From: Clostridiaceae bacterium
GTDB taxonomy: Bacteria; Bacillota; Clostridia; Saccharofermentanales; DTU023
NCBI GenBank assembly: GCA_012521015.1
Contig: JAAYNE010000017.1
Location: 1-42,361 of the forward strand
Reading direction: 5' to 3'
Length of the DNA stretch: 42,361 nt
Made by a program: the position numbers and the translations under genes. This document shows, piece by piece, positions 17,505-28,100 of this stretch; position 1 is the first letter of the stretch; each line of letters starts with the position of its first letter. The notes beneath the pieces were generated by a model, which made no database searches, had not been told where the DNA came from, and saw nothing but the letters and a program-made list of their open reading frames with translations.

Positions 17505-20261
17505 ATGAAAGATAAATTTATAATAACAGGAATGACTTGTTCAGCTTGTTCGCAAGCTGTCGATCGAGCTGTAAATAAACTTGACGGTGTAAATGAAGTA
17601 AATGTCAACTTATTAACTAATTCAATGCAGGTCAGTTTTGACAATAATATAATTCATTCGGAACAAATTATTCAGGCAGTACAAGATGCGGGCTATGATG
17701 CAATTCCGGATAGTCCCGCTCTTAACTCTTCCAAGCAAAATGCTAAAATTAAGAAAAATCCGTTAGAGACACAATTGGTGCAAGATCAGAAAAGTCTTAA
17801 AAAACGATTTTTTATTTCATTAATCTTTATGGTACCCCTGATGTATATTGCAATGGCTCCAATGCTCGGCTTGCCTGCTTTAAGTATATTCGAAGGTCCG
17901 GAAAACTCAGTTATTTTTGCATTTAGTCAAATGCTCTTGACTTTGCCCGTAATTATTATTAATCACAAATATTTCACTAACGGTTTCAAGACTTTGATTA
18001 AAAGACAGCCCAATATGGACTCTCTGATCGCCTTAGGCTCATCTGCCGCTTTTATTTACGGAATTTTTGTTATATATCGTCTTGCTTATGCCTTAGGTCA
18101 CAATCAGCCGGCAGTAATTCAACGTTATGCACATTCACTTTATTTCGAATCGGCAGCCATGATACTGACCTTAATTACTTTAGGCAAGTTCTTAGAAGCT
18201 AAATCAAAAGGCAAGACTACTGATGCAATAAAAAAGCTGATGGATTTAAGCCCTAAAACCGCAATTCGATTAGAAGATGATAAAGAAATTGAAATTCCGA
18301 TTGAGCAAGTTAAAGTTGGTGATATTCTAGTCGTTAAACCCGGTTCTTCGGTACCGGTAGACGGTAGAATTATCAGCGGACAAGGTTCTTTCGATCAATC
18401 TGCAATTACAGGTGAATCTATTCCGGTAGCAAAAGGTCCTGATCAGGAAATAATCGGTTCAACAATTTTGAAACTCGGTTCAATTACAATGCGTGCAGAA
18501 AAAGTCGGCAATGATACAACAATTGCCAAAATTATTCAGCTGGTACAAGATGCAAATGCAACGAAAGCTCCGATCGCACAATTGGCAGATAAAGTAGCCG
18601 GTGTTTTCGTGCCGGTCGTTATCGGTATTGCCACTCTTGCAACTGTCATCTGGTTACTTAGCGGTCAATCTTTTGAATTTGCTTTAACCATCGGAATCTC
18701 CGTGTTGGTTATTTCTTGTCCTTGTGCTTTAGGTCTGGCAACTCCGGTTGCGATCATGGTCGGCACAGGCCAAGGTGCAAGCAACGGAATCTTGATCAAA
18801 TCTGCCGAAGCTTTGGAAACTTTACATGAAATCGACTCAATTATTTTAGATAAGACCGGAACGATCACTGTCGGAAAACCTGTCGTTACAGATATCGTTT
18901 TGCTTTCCGATCTTAAACAAAATGATTTTTTACAAATTGCAGCCTCCTTGGAAGCCCCCTCGGAGCATCCGCTCAGTTTAGCCATTCTGGAGTGTGCAGC
19001 CGACATCGGAATCAATGTTTTGCCGGTTGATAATTTTTTCAACACATTGGGCAAAGGCATCGAGGCAACAATTAATGAAAAACGCTATATCGCCGGAAAT
19101 CAAACATTTATGGTCGAGAACAGTTTGGATATTACACTTACAGAAAAAATATTGTTTGACTTATCTCAAGCCGGAAAAACCGTACTTTATTTTGCTAAGG
19201 AAAATCAACTGCTCGGGATGATTGCAGTCGCTGATCCGACCAAAACTAGTTCCAAACAAGCAATCCGATTATTACATGATCTGGGTATCACAACCTACAT
19301 GTTGACCGGAGATAATCAAAGAACTGCTGAGGCAATCGGCAAAAAATTAAGTTTGGATCAAGTAATTGCCGAAGTTCTACCGCAAGAAAAAGAAAAAATG
19401 ATTCATCAAATTAAGCAACAAGGCGGCAAAGTTGCCATGGTCGGTGACGGTATCAACGATGCTCCTGCCCTGGCAAGAGCCGATGTTGGAATTGCAATCG
19501 GTGCAGGCACGGATATCGCAATTGAAGCTGCCGATATCGTCTTGATGAAATCTGATTTGCTTGATGTAGTGAACAGCATCGAACTCAGTAAACGCACAAT
19601 TCGAAATATTAAGCAGAATTTATTTTGGGCATTCTTTTATAATGTTATTTTGATACCTTTAGCAGCGGGAGTACTTTATTTACCGTTCGGCATTGTTTTG
19701 AATCCGATGATCGCTTCGGCGTCAATGTCTTTATCCTCCGTTTTTGTGGTAACCAATGCCTTGAGATTAAATCGCTTCAGGCCCTTAGTTCAAGTTGATA
19801 ACTATGATATAAATAAATCTGATAAAGCTAAAAAATCAAATATTGTAGTTAAATCAATAAGTATAGATAATTCGGTTAAGTCATCTGATTCAATTCAAGC
19901 TAAACCAAGTGATTCACAAGCTAAATTTGAGGCAAGCGATCATATTCAAGTTAAAGAAGTCGATTCCACAATTCAGGTTGAGAGCGTTGATTTAAATAAT
20001 TACCACATAAATAATGTAAATAATACGAAAAAAGGAGATTTAAAAACCATGAAAAAAATTATCAAAATCGAAGGTATGTTTTGTCCTCATTGTTCAGGCA
20101 GAGTAGAACAAGTATTAAATCAAATTGACGGTGTATCCGCAACTGTAGATTTAGAACATAAACAAGCAAAAGTGAAATTAAATCAAGATATTAATAACCA
20201 AATCTTGATCGACACAATCACGGATGCCGGTTATGAAGTAGTGGAAATTATTGAGGTATAA
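17505..20261 (+). CDS. copA: Cu(I)-exporting P1B-type ATPase with N- and C-terminal HMA domains
   Basis: GMTCSAC, TGES, CPC, DKTGT, SEHP, GDGINDAP, YN..., MSLSS; C-terminal GMFCPHC. Confidence 0.96.
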   Translation: MKDKFIITGMTCSACSQAVDRAVNKLDGVNEVNVNLLTNSMQVSFDNNIIHSEQIIQAVQDAGYDAIPDSPALNSSKQNAKIKKNPLETQLVQDQKSLKKRFFISLIFMVPLMYIAMAPMLGLPALSIFEGPENSVIFAFSQMLLTLPVIIINHKYFTNGFKTLIKRQPNMDSLIALGSSAAFIYGIFVIYRLAYALGHNQPAVIQRYAHSLYFESAAMILTLITLGKFLEAKSKGKTTDAIKKLMDLSPKTAIRLEDDKEIEIPIEQVKVGDILVVKPGSSVPVDGRIISGQGSFDQSAITGESIPVAKGPDQEIIGSTILKLGSITMRAEKVGNDTTIAKIIQLVQDANATKAPIAQLADKVAGVFVPVVIGIATLATVIWLLSGQSFEFALTIGISVLVISCPCALGLATPVAIMVGTGQGASNGILIKSAEALETLHEIDSIILDKTGTITVGKPVVTDIVLLSDLKQNDFLQIAASLEAPSEHPLSLAILECAADIGINVLPVDNFFNTLGKGIEATINEKRYIAGNQTFMVENSLDITLTEKILFDLSQAGKTVLYFAKENQLLGMIAVADPTKTSSKQAIRLLHDLGITTYMLTGDNQRTAEAIGKKLSLDQVIAEVLPQEKEKMIHQIKQQGGKVAMVGDGINDAPALARADVGIAIGAGTDIAIEAADIVLMKSDLLDVVNSIELSKRTIRNIKQNLFWAFFYNVILIPLAAGVLYLPFGIVLNPMIASASMSLSSVFVVTNALRLNRFRPLVQVDNYDINKSDKAKKSNIVVKSISIDNSVKSSDSIQAKPSDSQAKFEASDHIQVKEVDSTIQVESVDLNNYHINNVNNTKKGDLKTMKKIIKIEGMFCPHCSGRVEQVLNQIDGVSATVDLEHKQAKVKLNQDINNQILIDTITDAGYEVVEIIEV
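20049..20261 (+). CDS. Putative nested in-frame CopZ-like copper chaperone (70 aa)
   Basis: AAGGAG at 20032-20037 precedes in-frame ATG 20049; product MKKIIKIEGMFCPHC...AGYEVVEIIEV is a complete HMA fold. Confidence 0.5.
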   Translation: MKKIIKIEGMFCPHCSGRVEQVLNQIDGVSATVDLEHKQAKVKLNQDINNQILIDTITDAGYEVVEIIEV

Positions 20262-20263
20262 GA

Positions 20264-20530
20264 ATGCAAGCTGATCCTCAAAAGGTATTAAATCGGTTGA
20301 AAACTGCTCGCGGTCAAATTGACGGCATCATTCGCATGGTTGAAGAAAATCAATATTGCATTGATATTTCAAATCAAATTTTGGCAGCTCAAGCCGTTTT
20401 AAAATCAACGAATAAGATGATTTTGCACGCTCATTTAGATCACTGTGTAAGACAATCATTTGCCAACGAAAAAGATCGTGATGAAAAACTAGCCGAAATC
20501 CAAACCATAATTGATAAGTTATTAAAATAA
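20264..20530 (+). CDS. csoR: Copper-sensing repressor CsoR
   Basis: RLKTARGQIDGI..M....YCIDI..Q...HLDHCV (Cys-His-Cys ligands); directly behind copA. Confidence 0.92.
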   Translation: MQADPQKVLNRLKTARGQIDGIIRMVEENQYCIDISNQILAAQAVLKSTNKMILHAHLDHCVRQSFANEKDRDEKLAEIQTIIDKLLK

Positions 20531-20921
20531 ATTTCCATACACTTGCAAGTGAGCGAAATACATTTTTGCTGTAAAGATATTTGTCCTAATCAGCTTGAAC
20601 TGATAATGCGACATTAACTACAGGAATAGCTATTCAATATTCATCCGGTGCAAAAGTATTTGTTTCTCGGACCTTTTTCTTATTTTTCTCATAAACTCTG
20701 CAAAAAGTTACGCTATTCCTGTGGATATCTTCCCAAAAAGAATCTTCCCATATCAGATAGCAAGGAAATTAATATTTGTTTTTTTGTTTACTGCATCTAC
20801 TGAAAATATAATATAATGTAAAATATAAAATGTAATATTATAATAATTATAATAAATATATAAGATATAAAAATCTTTTAACCAATTAAATTTTATTAAA
20901 ATTTCGAAAGTGAATTAAATT

Positions 20922-22295
20922 ATGATAATTAAGACATTTGCTAAACAAAATATATTATTAAAGAAAAAACATATTTTAATTATTGCACTTTGCTTAATCT
21001 TGATTTTACCGGGATGTACTAAAAAGAATTCGATGCCCGAAGATACTCTTCAATCAAATACAGAATTGAATAAGCAGCCTGCTTCACAAAGTGAATCGAA
21101 TGATAATTCTGTAGGTATTAAACAAGATTCAATATCGCTTAAAATGCTGGCAGAAGAAGCAGAACAGGATTTATCCGCTTCCTTTACTATCGGTATGATT
21201 GGCGATGTACTATTCCATGATTGGTTGATTTTAGGCGGCTTACAAGAGGATGGTACCTATAATTATCCTTACATTTACGAATATTTAGAACCGGATGTTA
21301 ATAACCTTGATTTTGCAATGTTCAATATGGAAGGTACTTTAGCAGGACCACCCTATACCGGATATCCTATCTTTTCCGCACCGTCTGAATTGGCAAATTC
21401 CATGGCGGAAAAAGGTTTTGATCTGGCTACGACTGCAAGTAATCATAGTGTTGATCGCGGTGTGGAAGGAATGTACGCCACAATCGATTCATTGCGCAAT
21501 GCCGGATTGGAAAATCTGGGAACACGTAAAGAGGGTGATCCGCCATATTTTTCTACAGAATTAAACGGAATTAAAGTTGCAATCAGTACATCCACTTACA
21601 CTACACCGAAAATTAACGGATTGGTCAGTTTAAACGGTATCCCTGTTCCGGCTGAAGCCGAACATCTGATTGATACATTCAGTTTGGAAGAAGCCTATAT
21701 GTACGATGATATGGCAAAACTTCAGCAACGTGCCCGCACTATGCGTGAAGACGGAAATGAAGTAGTAATTTTCATCATGCATTGGGGAACTGAATATAGT
21801 TTACAGGAAGATTGGTATCAAGGACTCTATGCTCAGGCTTTAGCCGATGCAGGAGTTGATATGGTTTTCGGGATGCACCCCCATGTTGTGGAACCGATTA
21901 AAACGGTAAAATCCGAAGACGGCAAGCATAATATGTTAGTTTATTATTCTCTCGGCAATTCAGTTTCCGATCAATCTTACGATACTGCAGACATGATGGG
22001 CCATTGCCAGGACGGCTTGATGGGAATAGTGACTTTTGATCGAGATAAGGAAGGCACAATCAGTATCAGTGAATGTGGTTATATGGCGACCTACTGTCAT
22101 ATGATCAAAATTGCCGAAAATGCAACACAGAGTCAAGTTATTCCGGTCAAAAGAGCTTTAGATAACCCTGAAGCTTATGGTATTTATGACATTTCATTAA
22201 TCCAAGGTTCAGCCGAACGGACTGCTAATATCATGAGTAATAATTCGATTGAGGGTCTTGAATTTAAAGAATATGATTCGGTGCCGGTTTTCTAA
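20922..22295 (+). CDS. CapA/PGA_cap family metallophosphoesterase lipoprotein
   Basis: Lipobox LPGC; GDVLFH, NMEGT, ASNHSVDRG, MHWGTEY, GMHPHV, YYSLGN. Confidence 0.9.
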   Translation: MIIKTFAKQNILLKKKHILIIALCLILILPGCTKKNSMPEDTLQSNTELNKQPASQSESNDNSVGIKQDSISLKMLAEEAEQDLSASFTIGMIGDVLFHDWLILGGLQEDGTYNYPYIYEYLEPDVNNLDFAMFNMEGTLAGPPYTGYPIFSAPSELANSMAEKGFDLATTASNHSVDRGVEGMYATIDSLRNAGLENLGTRKEGDPPYFSTELNGIKVAISTSTYTTPKINGLVSLNGIPVPAEAEHLIDTFSLEEAYMYDDMAKLQQRARTMREDGNEVVIFIMHWGTEYSLQEDWYQGLYAQALADAGVDMVFGMHPHVVEPIKTVKSEDGKHNMLVYYSLGNSVSDQSYDTADMMGHCQDGLMGIVTFDRDKEGTISISECGYMATYCHMIKIAENATQSQVIPVKRALDNPEAYGIYDISLIQGSAERTANIMSNNSIEGLEFKEYDSVPVF

Positions 22296-22319
22296 ATTGA
22301 ATCTGCAGATTAATTTTAT

Positions 22320-23312
22320 ATGAAATATTTTATCAGCGATACAAACGATACTGCTTACAATGTTGCTTTGGAAGACTATGCTTTCAATAATATAACCGAT
22401 GTTGATGAGATTTTTATGCTTTGGATTAATGAGCCCTCAATTATTATCGGTAAAAACCAAAATGCTCTGGCTGAAATCAATAGTGATTTTGTAAAAAAAA
22501 ATAATATCCGAGTCATTCGACGCATCTCAGGCGGCGGTGCAGTATATCACGACTTGAATAATTTGAATTTTACTCTAATTGTTCCGCGTCAAAATGAAAA
22601 TGTTTTTGATTTCAAGGCATTTTCTCAACCGGTAATTCGTACGTTGGCAAAACTGGGAATTTCAGCTACGTTCAGCGGTCGCAATGACATAGAAATAGAT
22701 GGGCAAAAGTTCTGTGGTAATGCTCAAGCTTATTCCAAAGACCGCGTTCTGCACCACGGCTGTTTGATGTTTGACGTAGATGTTTCAGTCTTAAGCAATG
22801 CTTTGAATGTGAAAGAAAACAAAATCAAATCTAAAGGCATCAAATCTGTACGTAGTCGTGTCACTAATATCAAGCAACATCTGACCCAAGAAATGACCGT
22901 TGAAGATTTCAAACAGGCTTTGTTTGACGAAATGAAAACTACCCGACCTGATCTTGAATCATATATTTTAAGCGAAGCTGATCAGGCAGCAATTCACAAA
23001 CTTGCAATTAAAAAAGCAAGTTGGGATTGGAACTACGGCAAAGCCCCGGCTTACAATTTGCGCAAAGACCTTAAATATTCTTTTGGCAGTATTGAGGTTT
23101 TATTGGAAACTTCACATTCAATCCTGAAGCAAGTTACGTTTTACGGAGATTTCTTCGGTATTCGTGATGTTGCCGAACTAGCAGAAGAATTAAAAGACTT
23201 ACAGCTGGAAAAATCAGCAATTAAAGCCCGGGTTGAATCCCTGCCCTATCCCGTTTCCGATTACTTCTCCGGGTTAACTAATCAAGAATTCTGTGAATTG
23301 TTATTGCCATAA
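22320..23312 (+). CDS. lplA: Lipoate-protein ligase A
   Basis: IGKNQN, RRISGGGAVYHDLNNLN, GRNDI...KFCGNAQ, LHHGCL, SVRSRV, WDWNYG. Confidence 0.94.
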   Translation: MKYFISDTNDTAYNVALEDYAFNNITDVDEIFMLWINEPSIIIGKNQNALAEINSDFVKKNNIRVIRRISGGGAVYHDLNNLNFTLIVPRQNENVFDFKAFSQPVIRTLAKLGISATFSGRNDIEIDGQKFCGNAQAYSKDRVLHHGCLMFDVDVSVLSNALNVKENKIKSKGIKSVRSRVTNIKQHLTQEMTVEDFKQALFDEMKTTRPDLESYILSEADQAAIHKLAIKKASWDWNYGKAPAYNLRKDLKYSFGSIEVLLETSHSILKQVTFYGDFFGIRDVAELAEELKDLQLEKSAIKARVESLPYPVSDYFSGLTNQEFCELLLP

Positions 23313-24458
23313 TCATTTAATTGTAATGCCTGTTTCACTACCGGTTACTAAGACCCAAGTTTGTCCCGGATTGAGTTTTAATTCTTTGCCATCAACAAAA
23401 TATTTTGTTTTGCTCGCAGCATCTTGTTTCTCCCAAGTCAGAGGAACATATTGGCCTTGAGAAATATAGTAGCCGGTACCTTCACCAATATGATCTAAGG
23501 TCAAAATACCGCCGATTGTCGGATGCGGATGATATTCCGATTCCTGAATAATAATATTCACGATCTCAAACTGTTTTTGATCATTTTCATCTACTTGCTC
23601 AACACCGTCTTTGGTCAAAGAGTATGTTTTGGTTTTCGGCATATATGTGAATAGGCTGTTATTATCGAAGAAATAATTAATTTCAACAGATTCCGCTTTT
23701 TTGCCGTTTGGAGTTTTTGCTTCGGTATTGAAAGCGTAGCCCTCTTTATCCGTAGTTGCCGGATATCCTCTGCTCTCGGCAAATTCACGCAAAGCCTGTG
23801 TTTTCGAATACATATTATGCGGTGCTACCTTACCGGTATCGTTATAGCGCCACATTGCTGAGGCAGGAGCAAACATGGCATCCAAATCATTATATTCACC
23901 GCTTGCCAAGATTTCCGTAGCCTCACTGGAACCGCCGACATGAGCATAGCCGGCATCAAATTCCTGCATCCGTTCAATATAATATTTCCGCGCTGAGCGA
24001 ATCGGTCCTAATAAATCTGCTTCTTGCGAATGGAAAATAGCAAGATATCTCGTATATGTACCTTCTACCCGCATCTCAAAAATCATATCTGCTTGACGTA
24101 TTCCGGCATGCATTCTGGCATCGGGGCTATTATCAATCATCACCGCCAGCGGAAGCTTGGCATTATCTGCTTCAGAAATCGGGCGACCGGCAAATTTTGA
24201 AAGCTCAGTCTGTTCCTGTTCAGATTCAGATACTTTCGGTTCAGTTGTAATTTGTTTGGTTTCTACTTCAGTTTCAACAATTTTCTTTTCTGTTTCTGTT
24301 AAACCGGTGGTTTCTTTGAATACTGTTTCTTTCTCGGTAACTTTTTCATCTTTTTTAATTTGATCATTTTCGCCGCTCTCTTTTTTCTTACAAGCAACAG
24401 CTAAACTCATACTCACAATTAAAATTATAATTATACATTTTGATATAATTTTTTTCAT
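23313..24458 (-). CDS. DUF3048 (YerB-like) lipoprotein
   Basis: Lipobox AVAC, T/E-rich linker, AVMIDN, EMRVEG..TR, GPIRSAR, HVGGS, APHNMY, LNPGQTW. Confidence 0.9.
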   Translation of the reverse strand: MKKIISKCIIIILIVSMSLAVACKKKESGENDQIKKDEKVTEKETVFKETTGLTETEKKIVETEVETKQITTEPKVSESEQEQTELSKFAGRPISEADNAKLPLAVMIDNSPDARMHAGIRQADMIFEMRVEGTYTRYLAIFHSQEADLLGPIRSARKYYIERMQEFDAGYAHVGGSSEATEILASGEYNDLDAMFAPASAMWRYNDTGKVAPHNMYSKTQALREFAESRGYPATTDKEGYAFNTEAKTPNGKKAESVEINYFFDNNSLFTYMPKTKTYSLTKDGVEQVDENDQKQFEIVNIIIQESEYHPHPTIGGILTLDHIGEGTGYYISQGQYVPLTWEKQDAASKTKYFVDGKELKLNPGQTWVLVTGSETGITIK

Positions 24459-24620
24459 AATAACTCCTGAAACATTTATTTGGTTTGTTGTATAGATTGA
24501 TCCTTTCTATAAAAAGAAAAATCTTGTCTCAATTCAAATATTAAGTTTTTCTAGCAAAAATAATTCATACTACAAATTATATGGAACTTTGGTTTAAGTT
24601 CCTATTTGCTTATTCACAAT

Positions 24621-25592
24621 CTAATCAATTAATTTAACTATATTTGTTAGTTTTCCTATTTGTTCAATTTCAAATTCAATCAAGTCACCGGACTTTAGAT
24701 ACTGAGGCGGATTCATTGCAATACCTACACCTGCCGGGGTTCCGGTTAAAATAATATCTCCTGGAAACAAAGTCAAGCCTCTGGATAAATCAGCAATCAA
24801 AGTTGGAATATCAAAAATAAATTCTTTGGTATTAGAATTTTGTCTGATTTCACCATTGATTTTTGCAGAAATATTTAATCGTAGAGGAAATGTGATCTCA
24901 TCAGGGCTCACTATCCACGGTCCTAACGGTAAAGCATTGTCCAGGCTCTTGCCTCTGAACCATTGTCCCCGTTCATTTTGCAAATCACGTGCCGAAACAT
25001 CATTACCGATTGCATAACCGAAAATATAATCAGCAGCCTGACCCGGTTCAATATCACAACCTGCTTTGCCGATAATCAATGCTAGCTCAACTTCATAGTC
25101 TAATTTCCGTGCGAATTCCTTGCGTACAACAATCGGCTCTTGATCAGCTAATAACTTATTGGTTGCTTTGCTAAAATAAATCGGATGTTGTGGTAATTCG
25201 GACGATGCCTCATTCGTAAACTGCGTAACTTCCAAAGCATGATCTTTGTAATTCTTACCAACACAAAATACATTCCTTATCGGATATTGAATCGGTGCAA
25301 GCAATTTTACTAAATCCAAAGAAATCGCTTTATCCATCAAATCAGGTAAAACAGATTTAATCTGATGATTCAAAGTATTCCCATACTCCTTAATAAAAGA
25401 CAATAAATCTTCTGGAACTTTTCTTGTAGCTTTCGTATCAACAATTAACCCTGATTTTATACTCAAATTTTCTTTTGTCTTTGAATTTATACTTAACTTT
25501 TCCAAAATACCAACCATAGAAAAAATTAAATTGTCTTCATTCATCACACCATAATCTTCTTTATCCTTATATAAGTAAGAAAGGAATTTCAT
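24621..25592 (-). CDS. Fumarylacetoacetate hydrolase family protein
   Basis: CVGKNYKDH, DYEVEL, NDVSARD, W..GKS.D, PGDIILTGTPAGVG. Confidence 0.93.
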   Translation of the reverse strand: MKFLSYLYKDKEDYGVMNEDNLIFSMVGILEKLSINSKTKENLSIKSGLIVDTKATRKVPEDLLSFIKEYGNTLNHQIKSVLPDLMDKAISLDLVKLLAPIQYPIRNVFCVGKNYKDHALEVTQFTNEASSELPQHPIYFSKATNKLLADQEPIVVRKEFARKLDYEVELALIIGKAGCDIEPGQAADYIFGYAIGNDVSARDLQNERGQWFRGKSLDNALPLGPWIVSPDEITFPLRLNISAKINGEIRQNSNTKEFIFDIPTLIADLSRGLTLFPGDIILTGTPAGVGIAMNPPQYLKSGDLIEFEIEQIGKLTNIVKLID

Positions 25593-25937
25593 AGTCCACC
25601 TCGAAAATTTACTACATCCGAATCACTTGGCATTCGTGATAAAAATATTTTTTTTTATCATAAATCATAAAAATTATACTTATCCTATTTTATCACCTAT
25701 TAGATACAATAAGACATTCTCTGAAAAACTTTCAAAATGATTTATTATATATTTAATTTACTGTACTTTATAACAAGGATGGTATATTAAATTACCGGCA
25801 AGAGAGAATTTGATAGAGAATGTTGAGCAAGGTGTCGAGAAATTTATAAAGACTATAAACACTTTTATTATATGTAATAATTAATTTGAGTGTATTAACA
25901 AATGAAAGTCCATTTCATGAGAAATGAGGTAAAAGTA

Positions 25938-26537
25938 ATGGATTGGCAGAAGCTCGAAACATATTTTCATTCATTGGATCGTTCTTTGTTTGTCGGAAAT
26001 GACATAAAAAAGCATGCAAGTATCGACGTACCTTTACCTATAGGCTTCGGGCAAACAATTTCCCAGCCCAGTCTTGTGTTGAAAATGACACAGATTCTGG
26101 AGCCGGAAAATAATAGTAAAGTTTTGGAGATTGGAACCGGTTCAGGTTTTCAGACAGCTATTCTTGCAAAAATGTCAGCGGAAGTTTACACAGTGGAAAG
26201 AATTGACGAATTGGCAAAAAAAGCCAAGAATAGATTAGATACATTAAATTTTTCAAATATCTATTATAAGATCGGAGACGGCAGCACCGGATGGCAAGAA
26301 TATGCTCCCTATGACAGGATTATGGTAACTGCGGCAGCAGGTCTTTTGCCGGATGAATTAGTCAATCAATTGGCAATCGGTGGCAGGATGGTCATTCCAA
26401 TCGGTCCGCCATATTTGCAGGAACTTAAACTTATTACGAAGACAGATAATAGCAAAATAAACATTGAAACAATGGAGTTGGTTAGATTTGTAGAACTTAA
26501 AGGGCGGTACGGTTGGGTAGAGATAGGGAAACTGTAA
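25938..26537 (+). CDS. pcm: Protein-L-isoaspartate O-methyltransferase
   Basis: GQTISQP, VLEIGTGSGFQ, APYDRIMVTAA, GGRMVIPIG, VRFVEL. GAGGT RBS favours ATG 25938. Confidence 0.93.
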   Translation: MDWQKLETYFHSLDRSLFVGNDIKKHASIDVPLPIGFGQTISQPSLVLKMTQILEPENNSKVLEIGTGSGFQTAILAKMSAEVYTVERIDELAKKAKNRLDTLNFSNIYYKIGDGSTGWQEYAPYDRIMVTAAAGLLPDELVNQLAIGGRMVIPIGPPYLQELKLITKTDNSKINIETMELVRFVELKGRYGWVEIGKL

Positions 26538-26586
26538 ATAACTACTTGAGTTGTTGCTACCTAATAATGGAGGCTGATGGAAGAAG

Positions 26587-27774
26587 ATGGATTGTAAAAA
26601 GCTATTGGAATTTATAGTTAAACTAGATGTAAAAACCATGATGGGAGTTTTAATATTGGGGAATTTAGCATTGGCTTTTTTGACATTAAGATACTACTTA
26701 TATCATGAATCAGATTATGAAAAAAATCTGATACAGAGATTTAGCATTGCCAAGATATTGCAAGCAACCGCCTGGATCTTTTTATTCTTACGTGGAGAGA
26801 TAAGCGATATAGTTTCAGTTTACTTTGGTAATGTCCTGCTCTTTATCAGTTTTTATCTGGATTCATTACTTATTTTGACCATGAATAAGAAAATAAAAAT
26901 GATATGGTTTAGATTGCAAGGCGTTTTGTTAACATTATCTATTATCTTATTTTTGGTTTTTGAGATTTTGCTTGGTACAGGAAGTATTAGAATTGCGATG
27001 GCATCTTTAGGTGTTTTTTGTATTCTTGTAATTCCGAATTTACTAAATATCACAAACAGTCAGAGTAGTAGTTTCGAAAAATTTATTGGATCAATCAACT
27101 TGTTTTTTCTTATATTACTTCTATTGAGAGCTTTCAATTCACTATTTAATGCAGATATCAGTTTGTTTACCAATAGTTTTCTTCAAAGTGCAACATTCCT
27201 CTTGTTACTTTTACTTATGTTGGTAAACGGAATCGGGTTCTTACTCATAATGTACGAACGTTCATATGAATTGTTGAGGGTAAGCTCTAACTTGGATCCC
27301 TTGACTCAAATTCATAATAGAAGATATTTTATGAATAAGGCAGATGCATATTATCAAAGGGCTCTGAGAGGACAGGAATCATTATCTTTTCTCTTTGTTG
27401 ATATAGATTTTTTCAAAAAGGCAAATGACATTTATGGCCATCTGTTTGGCGATGAAGTGTTGAAAATTATTGCGAAGGTAATAGCTGAAAGTGTAAGACC
27501 GGTAGATCTATGTTGCAGATTTGGCGGGGAGGAATTTTTGATTCTCTTACACGCAACAAATAATGAACAAGCTGTATTGGTTGGAAACAGAATACGTGAA
27601 ACAATACAAAATTTGGTGTTTGAAGAAAATCGCGAATTTAAATGTACTGTCAGTGTAGGTATTTATTCCGGCCTACCAGATAGCGAAAAGAACATACAAC
27701 ATTTTATTGATAATGCGGATCAAGCATTATATAGAGCAAAAGAATCAGGAAGAAATTGTGTAATTAGTTTATAG
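26587..27774 (+). CDS. Membrane-bound diguanylate cyclase (multi-TM sensor + GGDEF)
   Basis: About 7 TM helices, DPLT..HNRR, DIDFFKKAND.YGH..GD, RPVD I-site, RFGGEEF, ADQALY.AK..GRN. Confidence 0.92.
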   Translation: MDCKKLLEFIVKLDVKTMMGVLILGNLALAFLTLRYYLYHESDYEKNLIQRFSIAKILQATAWIFLFLRGEISDIVSVYFGNVLLFISFYLDSLLILTMNKKIKMIWFRLQGVLLTLSIILFLVFEILLGTGSIRIAMASLGVFCILVIPNLLNITNSQSSSFEKFIGSINLFFLILLLLRAFNSLFNADISLFTNSFLQSATFLLLLLLMLVNGIGFLLIMYERSYELLRVSSNLDPLTQIHNRRYFMNKADAYYQRALRGQESLSFLFVDIDFFKKANDIYGHLFGDEVLKIIAKVIAESVRPVDLCCRFGGEEFLILLHATNNEQAVLVGNRIRETIQNLVFEENREFKCTVSVGIYSGLPDSEKNIQHFIDNADQALYRAKESGRNCVISL

Positions 27775-28100
27775 GATCTGGAATCAAGCGGCGACATTAA
27801 ATATATATTAAGTAACATAACACCAGACGCCTTTATCTCTTTTCCTTTTAAAGCAGGGGAACAAATCAAGTTACTATTCTTAGTCATAGGTGCAGTAATA
27901 ATAGCTGGAACGCTGGTTGCAAAAAAGCTCATTTAGAGGAGGTGGACATCAAGTCTGCTATCTCAATGTACATTCTGGCAGTGGGTTTTGTGTCAAAAAG
28001 AGCTGTTCAGAAACAAGATATCATCAAAAAGCTTCTTCTTTCAAACAAGTTTGAAGCTAAGGAAAATGATTATAAAAAAGACTATTAGAATTATTATTTT

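Noticed and set aside
25455-25502. Short imperfect duplication giving an insert in the FAH protein N-terminus
   Set aside because: Small in-frame loop insertion in a variable region; no functional signal.
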